58,890 nucleotides of DNA from a virus. Lineage: Duplodnaviria > Caudoviricetes. The stretch spans positions 1-58,890 of IMG/VR virus record IMGVR_UViG_3300044606_000078; one strand, written 5' to 3'. Each line of letters begins with the position of its first letter. Positions within the stretch are counted from its first letter, which is position 1. The position numbers were made by a program, and so were the translations under genes. Below are positions 1-9,159 of this stretch, piece by piece. The notes under the pieces were generated by a model that was not told the DNA's origin, ran no database searches, and saw only the letters and a program-made list of their open reading frames with translations.

Positions 1-55
1 AGTCCTACCCTCCGCCTTCTCGATAACCCCCGCATCCCGCAGCCGTTTCAGCACT
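1..55. repeat. 55-bp terminal direct repeat (copy 1), assembly overlap of a circular genome
   Basis: Bases 1-55 are identical to 58836-58890. Confidence 0.95.
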
Positions 56-336
56 GCGTTGACCTTCTCCATCGCGTCGTTGCTCGCTTCGAGCCATTCC
101 CTGTAAGCCTCCGGATCATCCTCGCACACGTTCGAGAGTTGATCCGCCCGTTCGACGGCCAGAAGCGCGGATTCCATGTCCGGAGATGCGGCGAACAGGT
201 GCGCATTTTCTCGCGGACTTGTCCCGGCTCCGTCGTCGATAATGGCGAGTCTTGCCATCCCATAACCGACCGGCGCTTGCACCCAGTATGTTTCACCTAC
301 CAACGCAACAGAGTACGGCCCAGATGTGCGCATCAT
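1..336 (-). CDS. Hypothetical phage protein spanning the circular junction (ends at 58830)
   Basis: ATG at 336 reads MMRTSGPYSV...NAHLFAASPDMESAL...EKAEGRT to base 1, then V-stop at 58835-58830. Absent from the ORF track because it wraps. Confidence 0.75.
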   Translation of the reverse strand, partial: MMRTSGPYSVALVGETYWVQAPVGYGMARLAIIDDGAGTSPRENAHLFAASPDMESALLAVERADQLSNVCEDDPEAYREWLEASNDAMEKVNAVLKRLRDAGVIEKAEGRT

Positions 337-617
337 GACTGAACCTCCTTCAGTTCTTCCTCCAGACGTCGCAGGAACGATTCTTCCCCGTCGTCATCCG
401 ACAGAAGCCAGTCGACCCGCTGTGCGTACACGTATGCTATGTGCAGATGCTTCACGGCCTCATTGAGTTTCGCGATAACCTCTGGACTGTACTGCCGACC
501 GCGAGGGTAGCCGAACTGGTCCGGCGTTGTGTCGTTGTTCTCGTTTATGACATCCTGTATGTCGTCCGCAATCTCTCTGATGCAATCCTGCCCGTAATCA
601 AAGTGTCCGCCGCTCAC
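333..617 (-). CDS. Hypothetical protein
   Basis: GTG start (SGGHFDYGQ...) overlaps the stop of the upstream gene. Confidence 0.65.
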   Translation of the reverse strand: MSGGHFDYGQDCIREIADDIQDVINENNDTTPDQFGYPRGRQYSPEVIAKLNEAVKHLHIAYVYAQRVDWLLSDDDGEESFLRRLEEELKEVQS

Positions 618-1243
618 GCCGCTTCCTCCCTTCCCATCCTCAGCAGGCTCGGCGCCTTCGTCGCGCCGCCGTGATGCGGAATCTTCGCCCCGAAGCACGT
701 CCGAATCTGGTACTCGGTAAACGACTCGATGCAGCCGCCGACCGACTCGAACATGAACAACCGCCCTCCCGTCGCGTGCGGAGCCTTGACCTCCCGGACG
801 AACCGCATCTTTTCGCAGTCGTCCGCCGCGAACCCCCCGGAATGGACACCCGAGACGAGCCTGTAGGATTCGCCGGGAATCAGGACCGGCAACGGAACCA
901 TCGGCGGCAGATCCACCTTCTGACGCATGACCCTGTGATTGACGCGAATCAGCGGCGCGCCCTCTTTCTCCTGTTCGCGACGGAAGAATGACCGGAGCGC
1001 CTCGTAGCTGAAGCCGAATCGTTCCGCCGTCTCGGTCAACCCGTGCCCGGCGTCCAGAAAGTCCTGCATCTCGTCCTTCATTTCAAGGAATCGCATTCGC
1101 TGTTTCGTCTGTTTGAGCGGCATTTCGGGAATGGGCTTTTCGAGGTATTCGGCCTTGCGTTTCTTCGTGGGCGGCTTCGTCGGTTTGATGAACATCGCTT
1201 CGACTTCGGCCATGCGTTGCTTTTTCTTGCTTTCTATGGACAT
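614..1243 (-). CDS. Putative HTH DNA-binding protein
   Basis: GHGLTETAERFGFSYEALRSFF is HTH-like. Confidence 0.55.
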   Translation of the reverse strand: MSIESKKKQRMAEVEAMFIKPTKPPTKKRKAEYLEKPIPEMPLKQTKQRMRFLEMKDEMQDFLDAGHGLTETAERFGFSYEALRSFFRREQEKEGAPLIRVNHRVMRQKVDLPPMVPLPVLIPGESYRLVSGVHSGGFAADDCEKMRFVREVKAPHATGGRLFMFESVGGCIESFTEYQIRTCFGAKIPHHGGATKAPSLLRMGREEAA

Positions 1244-1436
1244 CGCCCCCTTGGAACGGGCTTATGCGCTATGCGCGCATCGTTATGCCGCTTCCTTGAA
1301 CAACATGAAAACCTGCTCGTTGCACTCCTTCTTTCGCATCGACTCCAGGAGATCGTAGGTGAACCTGATGTTGGTCTGGATATCGCGCATTCGGCAGATG
1401 TTGCGGGCACGGTTATGGATCACTGGGAGTCACCCC

Positions 1437-1703
1437 TCACAGTCTCGCGCGCTCTTCGTCATGCTTCTTGACCGCCGCCGCGAGAGCCTCTTCGGACGTG
1501 TCGAAATGCACCTTTGCGTCGTGAACGGATGCGAACGGAAGCCATTTGCCAGTGTCCCTTTCAAGGCAGGCGTAGACGTTCGGATGCAGATCTGACCGCA
1601 CATACCACTTCCCGCCCGGCGCTATCTGGCAAACGAAGCTCGCGCAACAGTCGTCTATGCCGTCCGAAACCCTGTACGCAATCGCTCTAGGCATGCTGCT
1701 CAT
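1437..1703 (-). CDS. Hypothetical protein
   Basis: ATG at 1703 is coupled to the upstream stop. Confidence 0.5.
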   Translation of the reverse strand: MSSMPRAIAYRVSDGIDDCCASFVCQIAPGGKWYVRSDLHPNVYACLERDTGKWLPFASVHDAKVHFDTSEEALAAAVKKHDEERARL

Positions 1704-2083
1704 GCCGCACTCACCACCGTTATCTCTTCTGCAAGAAACTCGTCCGCTCTGTGGCACTGCCGCGCGATCGGCATTAATGCCGCTTGAGCCTGTTTGCACT
1801 CGTCATCGTCAACGATAACGCCGCACAGGTGCATCGCGAGCTGGGCGAATATCTTCTTGTCGACCTTCACGTTCTTGCTGCCGCACCACAACGGCCAGCA
1901 GGAAAAATCAATGTGGGCCTCGCGCAGATCGGCCTCGCGCAGATTGGCCCCGCGCAGATCGGCCCCGCACAGATCGGCCCTGCACAGATCGGCCCTGCAC
2001 AGATCGGCCCTAGTACCCCCATCTTCATCATTCAACCACTTCTTGTGCAGTCCCAAAACATTTCGCAGTTCTTCGGGTATCAT
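1700..2083 (-). CDS. Pentapeptide-repeat protein
   Basis: HKKWL...ADLCRADLCRADLCGADLRGANLREADL, encoded by 15-bp tandem repeats at about 1916-2010. Confidence 0.85.
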   Translation of the reverse strand: MIPEELRNVLGLHKKWLNDEDGGTRADLCRADLCRADLCGADLRGANLREADLREAHIDFSCWPLWCGSKNVKVDKKIFAQLAMHLCGVIVDDDECKQAQAALMPIARQCHRADEFLAEEITVVSAA

Positions 2084-2295
2084 GCCGCGTCCCCTCCCCC
2101 GAACGGATGAATCCCGAACGCCGCGTCGTTGATCGACATGCGGAATTCCAGCCGTTCCAACTCCCGAACCTGCCGCTTGCCGGACAACACCTCGTCCCGC
2201 AGCGCGGCGTGCTCTTCGATCATCCTGCATTGCTCCCGCTCAAGCAGTTCCCGCCGCTCCTTGCCTCGCGGCAGGAGGAGAATGCGTGCGTACAT
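2080..2295 (-). CDS. Hypothetical protein
   Basis: Short ORF coupled to the next gene. Confidence 0.5.
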   Translation of the reverse strand: MYARILLLPRGKERRELLEREQCRMIEEHAALRDEVLSGKRQVRELERLEFRMSINDAAFGIHPFGGGDAA

Positions 2296-2377
2296 CGTTG
2301 TCGCCTCCCATCATGCAGAAGTCTTGAGAATGCGGTGCTCTGCGCCCAGTTGCGGGTATTCGACGGCCCCGTCGATG

Positions 2378-3598
2378 TCAACCAATGCGATGGCGTTCAT
2401 ATCCGCCCTCCGTTCCCGTCGGAATGTCTATCGTCTCCGTCGCCTTCGTCAGAAGGTCGCCGATCTCATAGCACCGTTCCGCGCACTCCCGGATTGAAAC
2501 CGCGTTCGTCCATGCGGGGACGCCCTTGCGTGAGGCTTCTTCGATAAGCCCCTTCTGTTCGTTCAAAACCTCGCGGATCTTCCGGGCGGCGGACACAAGC
2601 GCAAGCGCCTGTTGCCGTTCCTCCTGCGCAAGATCGTTCTTTTCGGAAAGCTCCTTGAGAGATTTTTGGATGTCGTTTTTCTGGGAGAGAAGCGTTTCGA
2701 TATCCTTGCCGTGCTTCTTTGCGTCCTGAATGAGCCGTTCAAGTTCCGTCTCGCGCGACTTCGCCGCTTGCAAGTCCCCTTCAAGCCGGGCGAGCTGTTC
2801 CTTGATGCGGTCCGGGATGACTTCGCGAACGACTTCCTTCTCAACGACTTCGGGAACCTTCGTCTGCTTCGCCTTTGCCTGCGCCTCATTCAGCGCCTTG
2901 ACGAGTTCCTTGCGTTCCCGGTCGCGCTCGTCCTGTTCGTCCTTGAGGCGCTTCCGGAGGGAGTCGAGTTCCGACTGCTTGGCTTCGATCTCGGCGGTTG
3001 GGGCCTTGTTCCGCAGAAATTCAAGCTGATTCTTGACGGATATAAGATCGCCTTCCGCTCTTGCACGGGCTTCAACTTCGTGGCGATGTCTTTCAGCGAG
3101 CGAGTCCTTTTCGGCGCGGAGGCGTTCTATCTCCTGCTGCTTCGCTTCCAGTTCTTCGGTTGCGGAGGTGAAGTTAATTGGATTTTCAGCGAAATTTTGT
3201 CGCCCCTCTGGGACTATCCGCTGCACACTTCTTTGTGTAAGCCCTATCTTTTCCGCAATTGCCTTCTTGGATACCCCCGCCGCCGCCAGCCTCCTGATAA
3301 GCTCGTCCCTGTCCTCCTTTGAGAGATTCCGCCGCCCGAGCTGGTTCAGATCCATCCACGCCTTCACCGCTTCGATGTCCGGGAAGGATCGGTACACGAC
3401 CGAATAGGACAACCCATGCTTCCGGCAGATTGCTATCCGGTGGTGCCCGTCAACGAGGACGTTTTGCTCTTCCCAGACGACGAGAGGATCGCGGCAGCCT
3501 TCCGCAAGCAGAGATTCTTCGAGGATGCTGTTTTCCTCCTCGCTCTGCTTGCGGATGTATGATTCAATTTCGGGGTGGATGCGGAAGGTGGCGATCAT
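2378..3598 (-). CDS. ParB-N/Srx-like domain protein with HTH and long coiled coil
   Basis: EGCRDPLVVW...LVDGHHR...NQLGRRNL motifs, HTH (SKKAIAEKIGLTQRSVQR), coiled-coil C-terminus. Confidence 0.75.
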   Translation of the reverse strand: MIATFRIHPEIESYIRKQSEEENSILEESLLAEGCRDPLVVWEEQNVLVDGHHRIAICRKHGLSYSVVYRSFPDIEAVKAWMDLNQLGRRNLSKEDRDELIRRLAAAGVSKKAIAEKIGLTQRSVQRIVPEGRQNFAENPINFTSATEELEAKQQEIERLRAEKDSLAERHRHEVEARARAEGDLISVKNQLEFLRNKAPTAEIEAKQSELDSLRKRLKDEQDERDRERKELVKALNEAQAKAKQTKVPEVVEKEVVREVIPDRIKEQLARLEGDLQAAKSRETELERLIQDAKKHGKDIETLLSQKNDIQKSLKELSEKNDLAQEERQQALALVSAARKIREVLNEQKGLIEEASRKGVPAWTNAVSIRECAERCYEIGDLLTKATETIDIPTGTEGGYERHRIG

Positions 3599-4479
3599 GC
3601 AACCATCAGCTCTTCGATGATTATCTTGTTGCGTCTGTTCTTGTTTATGACCGCCAGCAGTCCGGAAGCGGCGACAAGATGCCCGCCATAGCCAAGAATG
3701 ATTTGCTGATTCTTGATCGTGGATACGATACTCACATAGCCGCAGGCAATCAGTTTGTCTCTGTAGTCGTAAACGAAGTCGCCGATCTTTTTCATTTTCT
3801 GGTTAAGGTAAAAAACTCCATTATACAAATCCTTGGTAATGGCGTGTTCTTTGGATATTTCTTTGCAAAGGACCAGGCATCTTTCCGCATCTTTCGCATT
3901 GGTTCTCCATGCTTTTATAAGAGCGTCGATGCAGTTCAAAGAGGAGTCTTCGCCAAGCGAATTTTTCCTTCTCCCGCCGCTTTTTTCTGGAATGGTCAAA
4001 CCAAGAGAGTCAGCCGTGTCTTTTATCCCTATTGCAACGGGGTCTCCGATTATCAAAAGCGCCTTGAATTTTTGAAGAGCCGTCATAGGCCCGCGAGATG
4101 TGTTCGTCACAAGGAAAACATCGGCCTCGTGCCCGCTCCCTCTTGAGCTGAAAACAACGCACGGGAGGTCTTTTATGTCCGATCTTTTTCTTGCCGCCAA
4201 AAGGCGATGCTGACCGTCAACGATAAAAAGGCTCCCGTCCGATCTACTCCCAACGAGCAATCGCCCAAAGGCTTCCCACTGCCAGTTTTTCGCTATTGTC
4301 AAAACTCTACTATCAGATATATTCCTCTGGTAGCTCGTATCTATATTTATCTCCCACTTATCTATCATCGTGTTGAACCCGAGTTCCCCGATTTGTGTAT
4401 TCCAATTAAATTTCTGTATCTTGTCAACCCGTGTATTTGTCCCCGGAATAGGGGCGCTTTCCATTTCGTGCATTATCAT
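3595..4479 (-). CDS. ParB-N-like (DUF6551-like) protein
   Basis: IDTSYQR...FIVDGQHRLLAA motif; visibly lower GC than the flanks. Confidence 0.7.
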   Translation of the reverse strand: MIMHEMESAPIPGTNTRVDKIQKFNWNTQIGELGFNTMIDKWEINIDTSYQRNISDSRVLTIAKNWQWEAFGRLLVGSRSDGSLFIVDGQHRLLAARKRSDIKDLPCVVFSSRGSGHEADVFLVTNTSRGPMTALQKFKALLIIGDPVAIGIKDTADSLGLTIPEKSGGRRKNSLGEDSSLNCIDALIKAWRTNAKDAERCLVLCKEISKEHAITKDLYNGVFYLNQKMKKIGDFVYDYRDKLIACGYVSIVSTIKNQQIILGYGGHLVAASGLLAVINKNRRNKIIIEELMVA

Positions 4480-5014
4480 TTTTCTAACCTCCTAATGTGC
4501 TAAAATAAAAAAATATTCATCCGTCAAGTTTCGTCGACAGATCCGTCCCCGCCCAGCCTCGCCAATCCGCGATCCTTGTTATTCCCGGCGGTGTTATCGG
4601 TCACCGCCGGGGCTCACGACACACAACACACAACGTTTCGAGCGAACTACGCTATATCGACGTTATTTCCTATCCACCCCGGAGCTTTCGCCCCTGCCGC
4701 GCTGTCGGTTTCATCCCTCCTTCGGCCTCATCGGTGGTCCGCATGACGGCCATACGCCATCGGCGTTTCGGCCTCTCGATTTTTGTTTCTCGCGCTTCAC
4801 TCCCCCGAGTGTTCGTTCTCCCTGATCCCTCTGCCTATTCGCAGCCCGTCCGATGTTCCGGAGAGCCGCTACGCTGGTCAGGGTATAGGCGACTCGTTCC
4901 AGAATCGCCCCTTCGACCTCTCAGCCTCGGGTTTCGCGTTAAGTTGTCTGTTGCCGGTTCAGTGGGAGTGATGGATGGTGCGGAGTGCGTCGAGGTGCCG
5001 TGGTGCGTGTGGCG

Positions 5015-5803
5015 CTATGCCGCCGTCTTGTTCAGGAAGTAGTTGATGAAGTAGAGTTGCCCTCTGCCCGTGACCTTCGTCGTCGTGACGATCTTCGGCT
5101 CCTTGTCAGGCCGCGTGATCGTCGTTTCCGTGACCACGAACAGCCCCATTTCCATCGCCCGCTGCGTCGGGATGTTCCTGCCCTCGCCGTTGAACATGAG
5201 AAACTTGTCGCTTCGGAGCTGCTTGAAAAGCCGGTTCTGCCCGACCTGAATCCCGTTCTGCCGCAGGATCTTCGCGAGTTCGCCGATCAGGATGGTCGTC
5301 GGAGAGGCTTGAACCGATTCGGCGAAGAGAACCTTCGGCGCGTCTTCCTTGACCTTCGTTTCGAGCGCGAGTCGCTTTTCTTCCGTCTCCGCGAGCGCCC
5401 GGAGCGCGTCCGGGAAGGTCTTCGGGAGTTGGGAGTAGAAGCCGCCGTAGAGCTTGATTTCGCGGAGCTTTCGCTCGCATTCGATGAAGTATTTCCGAAC
5501 CTGTCTGCCTCGGTCTGAGTTCTCCGCCATCGCGATTTCCTTTGCGCAGTCCAGCGAAAGAAAGTAGTCTTTAGCGTTATGGCCACCACTCCCGGTTTTG
5601 CTTCCCAAATTTGGGAAGCAAACTGCAAAATCCTCACCCTCGACAAATCCGTACTTCTCAATGCGATCAGTGACCCAATCCGCAAAACGTTTCCCAACTC
5701 CCAGAAACGCATGGAGTTCCCGCGCATTCACGACCTGCTTGTCTTCGTTCTCGTAAACCGGGACGATCCCGTTTTCCACAACCTTCAGATCCATGTCGTT
5801 CAC
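5015..5803 (-). CDS. ant: Phage antirepressor (AntA/AntB N-terminal, KilAC C-terminal)
   Basis: VNARELHAFL...F.DW...RI..YGF.EG.DF; PKVLFA...IGELAK...GQNRLF...TKVTGRGQLYF. Confidence 0.92.
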   Translation of the reverse strand: MNDMDLKVVENGIVPVYENEDKQVVNARELHAFLGVGKRFADWVTDRIEKYGFVEGEDFAVCFPNLGSKTGSGGHNAKDYFLSLDCAKEIAMAENSDRGRQVRKYFIECERKLREIKLYGGFYSQLPKTFPDALRALAETEEKRLALETKVKEDAPKVLFAESVQASPTTILIGELAKILRQNGIQVGQNRLFKQLRSDKFLMFNGEGRNIPTQRAMEMGLFVVTETTITRPDKEPKIVTTTKVTGRGQLYFINYFLNKTAA

Positions 5804-5970
5804 CTCCTACGCAACGAGCTTCAAAACCGTTTGCATTGCGTTGACTGATTCCGAAAGTTCCTTGATGATCCGAATCCGTTCCCCCGTGTTAATCCCATCA
5901 GCGAGCACCGAAGGATCAATTGCTTCCGTCGCCTCTCGCCCTTCTTTCCATGCCTTGAGTAGCGCGACAA

Positions 5971-6216
5971 TCAAGGCGTTTTCTTCGGGCTCCCCGGCGT
6001 TCGTCTGCGCCGGGGTCGTGTAGGGTTTGGAAGCGCAAGCTCCTTTTCGTCGTTGCCAAGCGCATCACAAAGCGACTGAAAAAGCGTTTTCTTCGGTTCT
6101 GTCTCTCCACGCTCCCATCGGCTGATCGTTACGCGGGACACGCCGATACGTTCGGCAACTTCTACTTGAGATAAATTTCTCTCAACTCTCGCCTCTCGGA
6201 TACCTTTCACGAACAT
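5971..6216 (-). CDS. Cro-like XRE HTH regulator (possible -1 frameshift extension to 5807)
   Basis: IREARVERNLSQVEVAERIGVSRVTISRWERG; RBS upstream of the ATG at 6216; divergent from the CI-like gene. Confidence 0.85.
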   Translation of the reverse strand: MFVKGIREARVERNLSQVEVAERIGVSRVTISRWERGETEPKKTLFQSLCDALGNDEKELALPNPTRPRRRRTPGSPKKTP

Positions 6217-6393
6217 CACCTCCCTTTTTCTGGTATGATGTGATTGTAAAGGCACAAATATGATACGTCTATAGTTCTTAAGGCCCATCTTTGTACGTTT
6301 TTTGGCACAGATGTGACTCTGGGTTGTTCTATTGTTGGTTCTTGATGCAATGTGCTGGGAATAGGACAATTCCGTACCAGGAGGGGATCAAAA
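6217..6393. promoter_or_regulatory. AT-rich divergent lysis/lysogeny control region with putative operators
   Basis: Related motifs GGCACAAATATGA (6251) and GGCACAGATGTGA (6304) lie between the cro and cI starts. Confidence 0.5.
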
Positions 6394-7140
6394 ATGAGCA
6401 TCGGAGAGAACTTGCGCGTCGCTCGCGAAAGTCGAGGGAAAAACCAGACAGAACTGGGCGCGTCCGTGGGATTGAATAGAAGGGTCATCAGCGAATGGGA
6501 AAACGGGAAAAAGGAGCCTACGATAGGGCAACTGCGCAAGATGGCGGGCTTTCTGGACATTCCGTTGTCGAACTTGACGGGAGAGATTAAAAGTATGGAA
6601 AATTCGACAATATTAACCGGTTCGGCGGCCAGAGACGGTGCTACTATATACAACAGTCCGGACGAATCATTGGAATCAAACGCAAAACCCATCGGAAGGT
6701 TGATATACATACCGGTCATTTCGCCGAGAGCAACGCTGTGTTGCGGAGAGGGGAATGGCCTTGAGGGGGTCGAACCTGAAGTGATAAACCATTTGCCTGT
6801 TGATCTGGACACTATTGACGCTTTCGGAATTGATGTACATGAACTCAGGGCTATGAAAACGGAGGGGTCTTCGATGGAACCGGCCGTAAGGGAGGGAGAT
6901 TTCGTCATTTATGATCCCACTGCCGAAGTCAGACATGGGGACATCGGAGTTGTCGAGTTTCGGGACAGGTGGTATGTCAGGGGCGTTCTGATAGAGCCGG
7001 AGGACAAAATCACGCTTCGGTCGAAAAACCGTGAGGAATACCCCGACATCGTCATCAAATGGGGAGACGAACGATACAAGGCGCACGGTCGGGTTATAGG
7101 GATTCAAACCCCGATGCGGCGCTGTTCCGGGATACTGTGA
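6394..7140 (+). CDS. CI/LexA-like repressor (XRE HTH plus S24 peptidase domain)
   Basis: N-terminal HTH (NQTELGASVGLNRRVISEWENGKKEP); GSSMEP.VREGDFVI S24 motif; GGAGG RBS. Confidence 0.9.
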   Translation: MSIGENLRVARESRGKNQTELGASVGLNRRVISEWENGKKEPTIGQLRKMAGFLDIPLSNLTGEIKSMENSTILTGSAARDGATIYNSPDESLESNAKPIGRLIYIPVISPRATLCCGEGNGLEGVEPEVINHLPVDLDTIDAFGIDVHELRAMKTEGSSMEPAVREGDFVIYDPTAEVRHGDIGVVEFRDRWYVRGVLIEPEDKITLRSKNREEYPDIVIKWGDERYKAHGRVIGIQTPMRRCSGIL

Positions 7141-7192
7141 GCTTCCGCGCCCTTCATCCGAAGGGCGCTTCGACTATAGGGAGGTGCATAGC

Positions 7193-7393
7193 GTGTCTGA
7201 TGATGATGAAATCAGATGCCCAAAGTGCAAGAGCAATCAGATAACGGCGAATCAGAAGGGGTTCGGACTCGGTAAAGCAGCCTTGGGTGGTTTTTTGTTG
7301 GGACCGGTGGGATTGCTCGGCGGTCTGGTGGGGAGCAAAAAGATGAAAATCACATGCCTCAAATGCGGGCATACGTGGACTCCTGGGAAGTGA
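7193..7393 (+). CDS. Small Zn-ribbon, glycine-rich membrane protein
   Basis: CPKC...CLKC flank a GxxxG-rich hydrophobic segment. Confidence 0.75.
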   Translation: MSDDDEIRCPKCKSNQITANQKGFGLGKAALGGFLLGPVGLLGGLVGSKKMKITCLKCGHTWTPGK

Positions 7394-7404
7394 GGAAAAA
7401 CACG

Positions 7405-7944
7405 ATGAAGCGGTTCTTCTTGGCTCTTGCGCTCGTTCTGGCGGCGTGCGGGATTGCGGTTGCCGAAGTCGTCCCGATACCGGAACCGGGAGTCTATTGG
7501 CTGTTCACCGGATCTGGCACGATAGACGGCGAGAGCTTCACCAGCGTCGGATGGTGGCAAATCACCGTTGAAACGGACGGGACGGATTATTATGTGTCAA
7601 ACTACACCATAACGGAGCGACGGACATTCGCATCTGGTCGGGTTGAGGACGGCGGCGGAGGATGTCAAGGTTTTTTGATCAACAGTTACACAGAACAGGG
7701 GTTCTCGTTCCAGAGAGGATCATCCACGCTCGCGTTCGGGATCCCCAATGCAAATAACATGACTATGACCGATACAAGCGGTGATGCCCCGGATAATATT
7801 GCCACCTACACCGCGACACGATCCACAGTCGAACCGACGACGTTTCCGCCGATTCAAAGCGGTTCCGGCGGCGGCGGTTGCTCCGTCGGCCTCTCCCCCC
7901 TCTTCGCCCTTCTCGCTCTCCCGCTCCTGCTGAAACGGAAATGA
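7405..7944 (+). CDS. Exported protein with a SYNERG-CTERM-like sorting signal
   Basis: Signal peptide MKRFFLALALVLAACGIAVA; C-terminus GSGGGGCSVGLSPLFALLALPLLLKRK. Confidence 0.8.
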   Translation: MKRFFLALALVLAACGIAVAEVVPIPEPGVYWLFTGSGTIDGESFTSVGWWQITVETDGTDYYVSNYTITERRTFASGRVEDGGGGCQGFLINSYTEQGFSFQRGSSTLAFGIPNANNMTMTDTSGDAPDNIATYTATRSTVEPTTFPPIQSGSGGGGCSVGLSPLFALLALPLLLKRK

Positions 7945-8035
7945 CGCCCGGCCCAGCCTGCCGGGAAAATACGCGCCGCTCCCGGGATGCTCACGCACTG
8001 GGAGCGGCGCGATTCCTTCTCCCTGCCGACGAAAA

Positions 8036-8302
8036 ATGACTGACCGGGTGGCATTCACCGGAAAGCTCTGCGTCAAGCGCGCGACAGCCGTCCTTCTCGC
8101 GAGACGCGCCGGGCTGGACGTGTGCCGGAGCGTCACGAAGAACACGACGCATGTGGTTGTGGGAAGGCTTCACCGGCTGTCCCGGAAGCTCGCGAAGGCT
8201 GGACGGTATAACGTAAGGGTTATATCGGAACGGGAGTTCATGCGGAAAGTCGGAGAGCCGGAACAGCTCGCTTTCGCATCTGAAAATACCCCAGTGGATT
8301 GA
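8036..8302 (+). CDS. Stand-alone BRCT-domain protein
   Basis: VAFTGKL...R..A...SVTKNTTHVVVG...KLAKA...VRVISEREF resembles the NAD-ligase BRCT domain. Confidence 0.8.
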   Translation: MTDRVAFTGKLCVKRATAVLLARRAGLDVCRSVTKNTTHVVVGRLHRLSRKLAKAGRYNVRVISEREFMRKVGEPEQLAFASENTPVD

Positions 8303-8355
8303 CAGAACGCCCCGAAACGTGCAACGATTCCCCCGTGTGAGAGGGGGAGAGCGTT

Positions 8356-9159
8356 TTGTCAAAGATCATCACCGTGGGACTCCAGAAGGGCGGCGTTGGA
8401 AAGACCACCTTCGCCGTGAACTTGGCGGGAATCACGGCATTCCTTTTAGCAAAGAGCGGCGCAAGAGTCCTGCTGATCGATGCGGACCCGCAAGCGTCCG
8501 CAACATCCTATTTCCACCCCGGAGCATTCCCTCCCGAGCTGTCCCTCGCGTGTCTCTTCGACGAATCCGACCGATGGAAGATCGTCACCGAGAACAAGGG
8601 GATCATCCACCGAACGCGATACCCGAATCTCTCTCTGGCCCCGTCGTCGATCCTGATGGCCGTCGCCGAAGCCGGGAATTTCGAGGAAGCCGGGCGTCGC
8701 TTCCAATACTGGATTGAGGGAAGCGCCGGCGACTACGACTTCATCGTCATCGACTCCCCTCCGTCGCTCGGTCGGCTCACGTCGAACTGTCTGATGGCGT
8801 CGGATTACGTCGTGATCCCGACGCAACCGGAGCCCCCGGCGGCCGAAGCCCTTCCGATCTACATCCGGACGATCAGTCAGGTTCGGAACGTCAACAAGCG
8901 TCTGTCGCTTCTCGGGATCGTCGTGAACATGTTTCAGGAACGGCAATCCGGGCATAAGTTCTACATGAAGAAATTCAAGGAGGATTTCGGGGACGGCGTT
9001 ATCGGCATGATCCATCGCGCCGCGCTCTTCACGGATCTGGCGCACCGGCAACAGCTTCTTGTGGACATGAGCAAGGACACGCGCCCGTACAGGGAATTTC
9101 GTATCGTAGCGTTGGAGATATTGCGGCGTATGGGAGTGTCGCTGAATGGCGGAGACTGA
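8356..9159 (+). CDS. parA: ParA/Soj family partition ATPase
   Basis: QKGGVGKTT, LLIDADPQ, YDFIVIDSPP motifs. Confidence 0.95.
   Translation: MSKIITVGLQKGGVGKTTFAVNLAGITAFLLAKSGARVLLIDADPQASATSYFHPGAFPPELSLACLFDESDRWKIVTENKGIIHRTRYPNLSLAPSSILMAVAEAGNFEEAGRRFQYWIEGSAGDYDFIVIDSPPSLGRLTSNCLMASDYVVIPTQPEPPAAEALPIYIRTISQVRNVNKRLSLLGIVVNMFQERQSGHKFYMKKFKEDFGDGVIGMIHRAALFTDLAHRQQLLVDMSKDTRPYREFRIVALEILRRMGVSLNGGD

Noticed and set aside
1-55. Terminal repeat as a biological DTR or att site
   Set aside because: It is exactly 55 bp, a common assembler k-mer length, and falls inside a gene that reads across the join, so it is best explained as a circular assembly overlap.
1916-2010. 15-bp tandem repeat
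   Set aside because: Fully explained by pentapeptide-repeat coding.
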